Shown one piece after another: positions 39,801 to 51,376 of a stretch of 64,000 bases of DNA. This stretch comes from Macrostomum lignano (Eukaryota), in the NCBI GenBank assembly GCA_002269645.1, contig NIVC01002505.1, positions 102,509 to 166,508 on the forward strand. The letters are read 5' to 3'. The notes beneath the pieces are model-generated. The model saw only the letters and a list, made by a program, of their open reading frames with translations, was not told the DNA's origin and searched no databases. Within the stretch, counting starts at the first letter, position 1; each line of letters begins with the position of its first letter. Made by a program: the position numbers and the translations under genes.

Positions 39801-42254
39801 GTCCCTCTGGCAGGGGCACCTTGCGCTGGGCCTTCGGCGCAACAGGATTCAATTCGCCAGCGAATAGGCCCGATAGCTCCTTGGCCACCCTGTCGATGAC
39901 AGCGTCTCCGTCAGCTTCAGCGGTCGACCCGGCGCCGTCTTCAGTGGCGACATCGCCGACATCGAAAATTGCGGCCGTCTTCGAGGCGGCAGCCTGACGC
40001 AATGCTTTAGCGGTGCATTTCAACAGCTGGTGCGCGCACACAGCTCGCTCTTGCACCTCTAAATCCTCAGAGTGCACGAACTGCTCCAATCGGGTTAACA
40101 GCTCCGTTGTCAAGGCGACGCGTTCCTCAGCGTCTGATTCGGCTAGCAATAGGTTGGCATACAGTTTCACCTGGTTGTGAACGAATACGGCCTGGACTTC
40201 GCCTGGCAACTGCAATACGTAGGGCAGCGACATCGCCTCCAGGGTGGCCCGACGGGCGTCCTCGGATTCTTCGTCACCGGCTAGGCAGACGGCGAATTCG
40301 CCGCAGATCCAGGCGGCGGCGTACAGCACCTCAACCAGGCCGGCGCTGCCGCCCCCGCCGCTGCTTGTCGCTCCGCCGCCAGAGCCGCTGCCGCCGCCAC
40401 CGGCGCCTCCTCCGGCGCTACCACCGGCGCCGCCGCCCAGCAACAAGGTGTGATTACGCAATAGTAGAGACATTTGACGGGCGGCGAATCGGCGAACTTG
40501 TTGAACTCGGATGGCAACGTCTAGCAGCTGGTTGGCGATGGCGCGGCCCTGGGCCGGCTTCATGCCTTTGTGGGCGGCCAGCTCCACCAGTACGCTGACG
40601 TACCATTCGAAATTTGTGATGAAGCGGTAGTCATTCTGGGAGCAGATACCGATGATCTTGCTGAGCAGCTCGTCACTAGAAATTACAATTTGGGTTTGGA
40701 TTTGAACTTGGAAAGGTAGCCTAGCAACTGACAGTTTGAGAAGCTGATGGCCCAACAACTGACATTCTGGGAGGCTGGCCTAGAAACTGAGGATCTGGGA
40801 GGCTGGCCCAACAAATGGGGATCTGAGAGGCTGGCCCAGCAACTGAGGATCTGGGAGGCTGGCGCAGCAAATGAGGATCTGGGGGCTGGCCCAACAAATG
40901 GGGATCTGAGAGGCTAGCCCAGCAACTGATGATCTGGGAGGCTGGCGCAGCAAATGAGGATCTGGGAGGCTGGCCCAGCAACTGACACTCTGGGAGGCTG
41001 GCCCAGAGGAGGTGGGAGAGTCACTTTGAAAAGACCTCAATGACAAAAAATAAACAAACAAGTGAGTTTATCTCACCGATAATGTGCTCCTTCAGCCTTT
41101 TCCATGTGCACAATGAGCTTCTTGACAATCTCCATGAGGTTCTTCTTAGACACCATACCGTAGAGAAGGCTCAATGCCCGGAGCCTAATGGACTCATCCT
41201 TGTCATCTAGGCACTGCATGATGAGCTCTTTGTGAGCTTGCACAGACTTTGGATGAGTTTTCAGTATCTTCGTCATAGCCAGCAGGCCTAGATACTTTAA
41301 ATTCTGATCGCTATCCTCAATGAGGATTTGCAATTTTTGAACGCACAATTGCACGCTAGTAGCGTGATTCTGGAGCCCAGAGCTGATGGAGATGAGCACG
41401 GCAATGACAGTGTTAATACACTCGTACAATAGCGACATAGCCGAGGTGCTATGAATCAAATTAGTCAACGGTTCGATCAATTTCTTGCCAAGCCGCGGTT
41501 CCAGCGGAATTAGCGCGCCAAACAGTTTAATAATCTTAATCAGCACCCAATTATTAGTCGACGTTGTCATCAGTTTAAAGAACAGAGGCGCCAGGCTAAG
41601 ATAGTTCTGCGGATTCTTGCGAGCCAACTCGCAGATCACATTAACGGCGGCACTCTGCACGCCTGGGTCTGGGTCTTCCAGTTTCTCTTTTAGTCGACCA
41701 AATGCCGGCTTAAGCGAGTCTGGAAATCTCAAGAACACCTTGTACATGAGCAGGACGGCTTTCTTTCTAAGATAAGGCTTAGTTGACGTCATCAATACCA
41801 TGATGTCGTTGGCTAAATCGTGAGCAAGATCTCCAGTCATGAAGCAGGACAAGCTGGACAAGGCTACCCCAGCATCGTAGGTGTTAGTAGAGTTGAGATC
41901 CTTGCGCACCAAGTTAGTAGTCAGCATAATTACGTCGGTGCCATCGTGGAAGCTCTGCGAAGCGGCTAAATAGCCAATCCGTTTGAAGGTAAACTTTGGC
42001 GAGCTCATCACTTCCACTATGTTAAAGCCGGCCCAAGAGATGTCATAGCCAAGCATCTGCAGGTACACAAGCTTGTTAATAGCATTGGCTTTCACCACTA
42101 AAGATTCTTGCTTCAGCTCCTGTTTGATCTCTTCGATGCATTCAGAAATGTATTTGCCCTCAGTGTCTTTATGATTGCGAATACCGCGAACCAGATCTTG
42201 AAGGTTCTTGTCCAGGACATGGTCTAGGACACCTTTCACCCTTACTAGAGCCAT
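36879..42254 (-). CDS. AP3D1: AP-3 complex subunit delta (delta-adaptin), ~1294 aa
   Basis: Exons 42254-41077, 40675-39568, 38477-36879; GT-AG, phases 2/0, total 3885 nt. The N-terminus MALVRVKGVLDHVLDKNLQDLVRGIRNHK, plus EVLYAAAWICGEF, GELNPVAPKAQRKVPLPEGLDLDAWIN and a K/E-rich hinge, are diagnostic. Confidence 0.97.
38570..39495 (+). repeat. 21-24-bp G-rich minisatellite (gtgcgtgggtggagaggccataga)n in AP3D1 intron 2
   Basis: Direct periodicity. Confidence 0.95.
40760..41010 (+). repeat. ~28-bp repeat (gaggctggcccagcaactgaggatctgg) in AP3D1 intron 1
   Basis: The motif gatctgggaggctggc recurs through the intron. Confidence 0.88.
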
Positions 42255-43725
42255 TCTATTTGGCTGTTTAGCGTTAATATATCGTTCCGATGCAGTAACT
42301 ATACGTGTTAATTAACTTGTTTGAAACTATTCTCAGCAGACAAAATTTCACATGCAGAAAATTATGCAAGTAATTATTATTGAAACTTGATTGCTAAGGT
42401 CAACTCATAGACTTAAAAGATATTAAATAACTAGACTTTCATATTTTCAGGTACAAATGTTAGAAAGTCGATGACACAATTCACTTGATAACATGGAACA
42501 TTCCTGGGATACAAGTATTGGGACTGTGTGGGCCACCAAAGCACTATGTCAATCTTTAAGATCAATTAAAAAATCTATAACTTGTCCAATTTTGTAAAAA
42601 AGTAAAATTTGCTATTTTTTAAATATTAATGACATGCCTTTAATCTACTAAAATTTATGCCAGCTAGCAATTGCCCAGATATAGCTGTTAAGATCAATCA
42701 TGGTAAATAAACCCCCTATTGGAATAAGTTGACAAAACGCAGATGACCGTCTGTCACATTTTTGGATTCTCCTGGTGTCGCGTCGCGCGACAGTGGTGTC
42801 AAGTGGTGTCGCACAACACTGTGGAAACCTGGTGTTGTCATGCATTGTGTCGCGCGATACGACACAACGAGATGCGAAAGTGTGGCAACTTGGTGGCTGG
42901 TGTTGTCATGTGTCGCGTTGCGGCCTGGATCTGCAGCCAAAACCTCGCAAACTGTGTTTCATTGTAATATCATATTAGAAATGTTCACGGTTGTTTCTTG
43001 GTATTTAAATGTTTCAAACATGTTTGATAAAAACTAATTCTTGAATTGTTCTTTTTTATTTCGACAGTAAAATAACTAATACTTCAAATATAATTTTTAG
43101 AAAGGTTACTTGTTAGTTACAATGCATGCGCTGTTTTTTTAACTGTTGTACCTTTGTTGTTTTACTGTTTATTGTTTTTAAATTTCATTTCTTTTTCCAT
43201 TGAAAGGAATACTCTCGTCCCTCGCACCATGGTCTTGGTATCGGGAGTGAACGGCAGAACGAGAATTGTCAATTGCAATGTGGCTGCTGTGGCATCCTTC
43301 CCCCCCCCCCCTGGTCATTTGGTCAACAGACATCAGTGTCTGTTGACACGTCGCCGCCCCCCAGTCAAAAAAATTTGGTGTTGCGTTGCACTTTTGAGGG
43401 CACGCTGAATTTTTGTAGACGTCATTCACAGCAACAAGAGACTAAAGTGTCAGTTGCCTAAAAACTTATCTAAGCAAAACAGGCCATTCTCTTTTATTGG
43501 CGAGATTCTTAAAAGGATGACAAAGAAAGCGCAATCAACCAGTAGAGTGGAGTAGGCAAAAATAAGGCTCATTTTTGTTTTCCTATAAAACTGAATAAGC
43601 TCAATAAAAGTGCAAAAACTTTAAAAAAAATATTGATTGCTCTATCACTTTGCCACTGACTGAAAATGGAAGAGCCCTAAGTAAAACTAGGCAATGTTAT
43701 TAATGTATAGAGTCATTAAATTGCT

Positions 43726-44139
43726 TTGAATGCTTTGATTGAGGAGCTCACTAGAGTCAAAGAACTGGAGAAGTTCTGGGCTGCATTGCCATGTGAGGAA
43801 TTTCTATGCCTACCGCATAGAAACACCAACAGTGAGCAGATCATCAAATGGATTGCTATCAATGTCACGAAGCAGCAAAACCAGCTGGTAGATTATACAC
43901 TAGACTGTCTTTTGTCCATCAAGTTCTGGCTAAAGGCCTTCAAAAAAGAGCCATCCAATTTTTGCATTGACTGCTTGCTGTCGGTCCTCAGCTTTGATGC
44001 CAGTGCAAACGCTGAAGCATGTGCTAAGCCAAAGGAGCATGAAGAAGTAATGAACCACCTTCAGAAAAAGCTAACCATGCAGCGTCAGAAGGCCAATGAG
44101 TGGAAAAAAAGACAAAAAGCAAGAGGACAAAGCTGCTGA
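43726..44139 (+). pseudogene. hAT transposase C-terminal (dimerisation-region) fragment
   Basis: LCLPHRNTNSEQII......TKQQNQL...TLDCLLSIK matches the hAT 'LPHSNA..ER.FS....KTK.RN.L...TL..LL' motif in degenerate form. Confidence 0.65.
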
Positions 44140-47100
44140 ACAAAAGGTAATCAACAAAATGAGAAAACATCTCTGGCATAAGAGATACTCCAAAAGGCAG
44201 ATCAATGAGATCAACAAACGAGAAGTGAATTGCTCGACGATAATACTAGTAAAAACTTAATGTCTATATTAATTTGAGTAAGACATAATTTCATTTGAGT
44301 TAAGACATTATTTGAGATATGATTTGAGACTGAATGATTTGAAATTGGCGTAGTGAAGTGGGAAGTCTGGAATTTGGAAATACATAAAATCGTGTCAGTG
44401 TTACAGGGTTGTTGTCTGAGTTAATAATAAAATATCACTGGCTTCAAAAAAGTTTTTAAAAGGTTTTTGTGACTAGAAATGTAATTTTTTTGTTTTCTGT
44501 TTGTTAATTATTTTACATAAAGAAATTTTTTGTTCAAAAAAGCCTAATGTTGCTGCTCAAAAAAAATTTGTCCTGCTCAATTATTTTCAAAATGCTGTGG
44601 TCACACTGCTCTTAACTACCACTGTTTACCTATTTGCCCCTCAATATACTAAAACTGACATGTTGTCTATATGTATGTGTGTATGTGAGTATGTAACAAA
44701 ATTATTCCTAGGCTTTTTTATATAAAGTGTATCATGCTTGACACACATAGTGGGCAAAGTGTATAATGCTTAGTACCCATTAGCAGACTTTGAGGACTTA
44801 TTCCAATAGGGTAAATAATTGTTATTATTTACCACTTACTACTAAAAACACAAGGTGTTCAATATCTAGCCAAATTCCCTATATAAGTAAATTTATATAT
44901 AATATAGAAATAATATATAATAATAAATGCTATTTTCCCGTAGCTAAACTTGTATAATTAGAAATTTAATTTATAATAAATAAAGATAAGATTGCAATAT
45001 TAAAGGTACTATTTACTAGATAAAGAAGTTGATTAATCTAAGTTGTCAATTGCTTGAAGATAAAGTTGACAGTTTATACAGTAATAACTAAGTCTTTTGT
45101 CTTTGCACTAAAAGACTGTCTTTAATAGTGCAGGACAAAAGTCAAAGCATAGTGAGAATATGCAAATTGCAGGAATAGAGTACAAATAAGAATAAGAATT
45201 AAGGCCTAAAAATTCTTTTTTTCTTTTTAAAGTATAAGTAAATCAAACTTTTAAGTGTTAAAAAGAATAGGATAATTTTAAGTATTTATTAAGTTAATTA
45301 GACTATATACTTTGAATGCAAATTATCTAAGAAATATAAAAAACTAAATTTGACACTATCATGGCAACTAGGGATTGCCAATTCCCCAGACATTAAAAGA
45401 CTAAAACTGCAAATGTGGTAAGAAATGGTACTTTTGCTACGTTTTTTGCATTTTTATATATCATATATTTATACCTTCATCTATATATATTGAAGAACAT
45501 CTGGTATACTAAAATATTAGTTCATTTTGTCTAAAACATTCTTTTTTATTGCAGATTTTATGTTGTATCACTTTATATGTGATTGTGATTTTGGTTGTCT
45601 ATGGTTTGTGAACATAGGCATAAAACTGATTGAATATTCAAAAAGATAATATACAAAGTTCAAATAAACAATACAAAAATTTTTCCACTTCTTAAATTTT
45701 TTTTCTTTTCAGCATTTGCTCATTGAAATATAATGTATTTTATAAAAGAAACATAAACATATTAATAAATAGGTTTGGACTTTGTACTTTGGATTGATTG
45801 AATGAATGAATTTGACTAGATTGGATAAATTGAAAATCAGATTCCATAATAATAAAAAAGTACATTAAAAATTCAAATAAAATAATTGCAATTGCAATAC
45901 TTTTATACTTTTTAATTGTAGACTTAGTGAATAATCTTCTAAATATACTAAATCTTTAATAACTTTTTTATAAATAAAGGAAAACAAATGAGCAATAATT
46001 CAAGTACTCAAAAACAGATCTACTATAATTCTTTCATTCATATATTTAGTTTTACTAATACTAAAGATGTTTAAAAAAAATTCTATCCAGGGATCCCTAG
46101 ACTAAACCCTAAACCTTCATTTAGGGTCTCTGGGGGGCTATAATATGCTTTAGTGATATGCTTATAATATGCTTATAATATGCTTACTTGCATTTTGCAT
46201 CAGTGTTTATGAAATGAAATGAAATATGCAAATATAGTAAACAGGAACAACTCAAGTTACTCAACTAAGTTTATCAGAATCAATGCTTCTAAATTTTTGT
46301 TCTATAAACCCATTTTTTTAAGTTAGGCCGATTGATTCTTTCAAAGTAAAATAATTTATAAAGTTTTAAATTTTAATAATTCCTCAAAACAAGAGATGCA
46401 ATGTGTTGCCTTATTTTTGTAGTAGCGGTACCTTATTTCTAGGAATTATTGTTTTTGAACTAGCGCGAAAATTAATATTCTTTTGTTATAATACACGAAA
46501 TATTCTCAAGTTGTAAGAGTTTGTTTTAAATATACGCGATTGATTGGTATAAATAGGAGAGCCAAAGGGATAGAAGAATAACTCGTTCACTAGCTATAAG
46601 CTCAAAACGTGTTCAATAAATCTTTCTCAGATCATTGTTCATTTTTAAGAATATTGTGAAAAAGGTTGAAGGTTGCACTTGGGATTCATGCAAAGAGTAG
46701 TACTAAGAGTAATTGCTGTGACCCTCTAATCTCGGTAATGCCCAGACTGGAGAGAGAAAGTACAATATACCAGTAAGACCGCTCAGGCCATATACTAAAG
46801 AACGCTACCAGACCATATACTAAGAACGCTACCAGAATATATAAGAACACTACCCAGAAAATATATGAGATTCTAAGAAACAGTTAGGGAGTGAAAATAG
46901 AAGTGCAATCAGGATAACTTTAGTTAAGCAGACGGGAACAACCCCTGTACAACTTTGGTGGCAGTTTGTAGGATATTTAATAAACACTAGCATCAATAGG
47001 CCTAGTTAGAAGTTTAGAAAGATAGAGCCAGAAGGCCTGTCATATCTTTAATTCCTTTTTCTCAATTATGAATCACAAGCCTACAACCCCTAGCCTAGGA

Positions 47101-47941
47101 CTCTTGACTCTTAAAATACAAACTTATTAAAATTAGCATATATTAATCTGTGACTAGGCATAGGGCCTACACTCAAGAGTTTAATATTTATTTAGTATAT
47201 TAGATTAGATATAGGCCCTACTTTTGCTTAGGCTTGGAACAAGTGTAGGCCTAGTTAATTTTATTTAGGTCTATAAATAATGGACTTAAGTTTACACAAC
47301 TTATTAATAACAATTAACAAAATTAGTTGCAATTGCAACTTGCAATGCCCATCGGCATCAATGGTAATATGTCTAGATAATTTATATTAATATACTTCTT
47401 AACATTAACTCTTGTCCTCATTCATAACGTCATACCTCCATAATTAATAATTTGAATTTGAGCAGGCTAGGACATAGACATATAGTATTATAGCACATTA
47501 TACAATTATATACAAATCATCAAAATCAACAAATCATTAAATCATATAAAATCATCCTGAACGAATAAAATAGATATAAATATGTACACAAAAAGACAGA
47601 TATCAGGAGCAAATATCAAAGGACGCTGCTTTAATTAGAAATAGGCATCAGCATGTCCAGTTTATTGGCCATAATAATTTTTTATAATAGTTAAGTGAGC
47701 CGCAAGCACCAAGACATTGTACGTGTTCGACATTAAAAGTACATGTCCAACACAAATAGCAGCAAAATGCTCAAATGTAGTTAGAATATAAATACACAAG
47801 ATTTTATATTAAATAAAAATATTTATATTTTTAATTAGTCAGTTATTAAAATATTTGTTGATTTTAAAATGCGGCGACACAACTTTGTTTTAATTCTTTG
47901 AAAGTTCATGCTAAACACCGAAATGATCGAGCTTTGTGCAT

Positions 47942-48245
47942 GGAGGACAGAAAAGAATGGAGTGCTAATCTGACAAAGTTATTTTTGTCTCGCTCGATCT
48001 TAAATTTTAACATCCCTTTCTCCCGTTCTTTCCCATTGGCTCGTGACTGCCATAGACAAAGTATTTTTCGTCTCGTTTTCGTTTTCGTTCCCCTCTGAAA
48101 GGTCTGACCCAGCATATTACGAGCTCGCATCAAAATATGCTTTCAGCCAATAGGAAGGAACGGGGGAAAGGGAAGTTAATAGCAAAAATCGAACGAGATA
48201 AAAATAACTAGCTCAGATTAGCACTCCCATTCTGTTCTTTCCTCC
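47942..48245. mobile_element. MITE/foldback-like element with ~100-bp imperfect inverted arms
   Basis: 47942-48041 aligns to the reverse complement of 48145-48245 (shared gagtgctaatctga, agttattttt, ccctttc.cccgtt, attggct). Confidence 0.6.
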
Positions 48246-48314
48246 TGGCTCTGCGTGCCGGACGAGATCGAGAAGCTGCTATTTTCTGCTGAGGCGCTGA
48301 CGAGCACGTGACGA

Positions 48315-48900
48315 GGCTGTCAGCAGTTTGTCTACCTCGGTGGTCTAGTACGTGGCTGCAGCCATTTCAACGTTCGACGACGTCGCCGTCGTGGACTATG
48401 CCTAGACTGCCTATATAATTCCGTTTGAGAAGGGCTGCCCTGCAATCCGAGGCCTGCAGACCGCAAGAGAGGGCGGAGTTATTTCAGGCGGTGATTGAGA
48501 TCGTCATGTTGTACAACACGGCCGAGTCGACTTACGCTGACACGGATTCGCTCAAACAGCGGGTCGATGTGGCGCACGCTGGCCTGCTGCGCGCCGACGT
48601 CAAGATCGAACGATCGTAAACGAAGCGGCACTCATCGCGCACCGGCCTGTTCCGTGCCAGCCCAGTTGCGCCGTTGGCGACTCTAGCTGGCAGGCCATGC
48701 CATACATCCGAGACGAGTCGTAGGATTGCCCACAGCCGGTGCAGCTGAGGTACTTCTGCTGACGCTGCAGGCACCTTACCGGCGCGGGATGGGGGGCAGG
48801 CGGCGCCCTATAGACACTGCCGGCGGTGCTGCCTACGTTCGCGCCCAGGCCCCAAAAACGCGCTCTCTTGTGCGACATCATGTCCCTCGCTTGACTGGCT
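48315..48900 (+). mobile_element. RTE-clade non-LTR retrotransposon fragment (RT C-terminal region), decayed
   Basis: QQFVYLGGLV and RAELFQAVIEIVMLYNTAES...LKQRVDVAHAGLLR resemble the RTE 'F.YLG' and 'LF.A.V..VLLY..E.W' motifs. The segment is GC-rich with stops. Confidence 0.65.
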
Positions 48901-49672
48901 GGCAAATTTGTCGTTAGGTCAATTCTTTGAAATTCTTTGAAACTATAAGTAGTATCGTAAAGATGCGAAAAACTTGAATGCTAAAAAACTGCAAATTGTC
49001 ACACTCTTTTTAAGACCACGAAAGCAACAAATGACCATCGTTTGCAAAATTTAAATTTAGAACTCTGAATATGGTATTGAGGCTCAAACCTAATGTATTC
49101 TATAGGGGTCAAATTTCCAAAACGCAAAACTGTCACTTCCTAAAAATAATCTGTTTTTTCGCGAAACTTTCCTATAAATACAAGCCAAAATCTGAGCTAA
49201 AAATCTCAGACTCGGAGCAGCCTCTAAAGATCTTGGAGCTTGCTAGAACAGCTAAGCGAGGCTACATCTCTGAGGAAATACATACAGTTCGGTAAGCTCT
49301 TGCTCGAGCCAATTGTTATTGAATTGATTTTTGGATAGCGATTTATTGCCGGCCGTTACTGTGCAGTTGATTTCACTGAGACTATTGAATTTGAGGCCTC
49401 CCTTTTCCTAAGGGATTGGATAGGATCTGCGGACCGATTCCGATACCTTAGGGGATTATCGATTTGATTGATTTTGGTTATCCTAGATTAACTGATAGGA
49501 GCGCACCACTCTGATTCCGTTAGTTCTAGAAGAAGACGCCCTTTTGGAGGACCTCGCGTTATTACAAAAGTTGATTTTGTTATTAGGGCGCATCGCTGAC
49601 ATTGATTTTGCACTCGAGGACTGGGCACTCCAGGCACTCCAGGAATTGATTGGGCACTCCAGGAATACTGTT

Positions 49673-49957
49673 ACGTCGACAAGTTTATTTGATACGCTCT
49701 CACTTTCGGCCGATTCTAGAATTCAAGAAGATTCCTCCGGAGATAAGTAGTAGTATATCTAGTGTCTAAACGCTCGAACTCCCACTTCCAGACTCTAAGC
49801 CTGGGAACAAAATGTAGTGCACTTACTGTTGCGGGCTCCTCTTCCTTGTCGGGCAGGTTCTCCGAGCTCGTGTCTTCAAATCTTCTTCTCCGGAGGAATG
49901 TTCTTGAGTTCTAGAATCGGCCGAAAGTGAGAGCGTATCAATTAAACTCGTCGACGT
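49673..49957. repeat. 70-bp near-perfect inverted repeat with 145-bp spacer
   Basis: 49673-49742 matches the reverse complement of 49888-49957 with only a few mismatches. Confidence 0.9.
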
Positions 49958-51376
49958 ACTACCGTCTACCGTCTACAGAGACACAAACCTTACATTTTGA
50001 CATCGCAAGAATAAGGGCTTCATATTCGAAAGCAAATTATGGTGAAAGTTTAATATACATGTAATTCCTAGCACTATCAATTTGATTTTTATAAAGCACA
50101 GGTACATATGTATTTTTATGGTGGGAGAGTTTAACTTTTTAAGAATTTTCTTTAAAAAACTAGTTTTTCAGTCCCATGTACTGTAGCTACTCGTCATCTT
50201 CGTCCGATAATTGTGTTTCCATGACTGCGACTTAATACATATACGTACTGTACATGTTAATAACGCGTCGTCAGCCGTCAACGTAAATGTAAAAATAAAG
50301 ATCTATGCCAGCGCCGTCCATGGACGTTGGTATGTTGGGTAGGTCTGTGGGACGTAGGAATTATGTTTAATGGGGGGTTGTACATGCAAATGACAAAGTG
50401 AAATATGCATGTACACAAACCACTACACTATAGCAAAGGCAGAGCAGGCATCTCTTCGTACCAGCTCGTCGAACATGTACTTCTTCATTGCTCCACATGG
50501 GGATAATTGAAAAAATATCTGAGAGAAGTAATGTGCTGTAATTAAGCTGAAGAGGTGTTTATTAATATCTTTTAGCCACAGATGCATTGATTAAAGTACG
50601 TGTGCCAAAATTTCATCCGAATTTAGTCGACTCTAGTCACTTCAATATTTCAAGCTCCCAGGCATCGTGCAGTAATTTATTCATGATCGATGATCGCTAC
50701 AGTTGCATAGCTAGGGAAAACACCATTTACGACTAGATGTGAATGCAGTCGAATTTTCCTCATCGATTAAAATTGTGTGCTTACAGTTGACTAAACTATG
50801 CGGACGGTTCCATACTCTGACGACGTAAGAGACGGAACTCTTTTGATTCTGACTTAAATAAAGTCAATACATGTACATGTAACGGGCACAGCGCAGTACC
50901 AGATTTCAATTGGCATTGTTTGGCACTAATGAGTTTATTCGGAGCTTTTTTGTAAAACAATCTAAAAGATCTATCATAGTTTTTTGCTCAAATGAAAAAA
51001 ATGCAGTGCCATATTTCAGGCGCATTAAATTCATCATTTTCTTAGAAGTGTTTTATGGCTTACTGTACAATGGTCGAGCTACTTCAAAACACGGTCTGGC
51101 CCCTGTGCACCTGCTCGTAGAATTATGCTTGATTCGCCTGCGGAAACAGCTACAGAGGTTCAAGATTAATAATATGCAGCTAAGAATTTCGACCCTATAA
51201 GCTTGATGCATGTGACAGATTGGCATAGATCATTTGCATACGCGTCAGTCACAGTTACAAGTTCATGTATAAAATGGGCTCCATAAACCAGTAAAACTGC
51301 CCAATTTCACAGTTTTATATTCTTCAGCCCACCGAAACCCTGTCAGAAAAATCTTGTAAGACACGGAATCTCAAAA

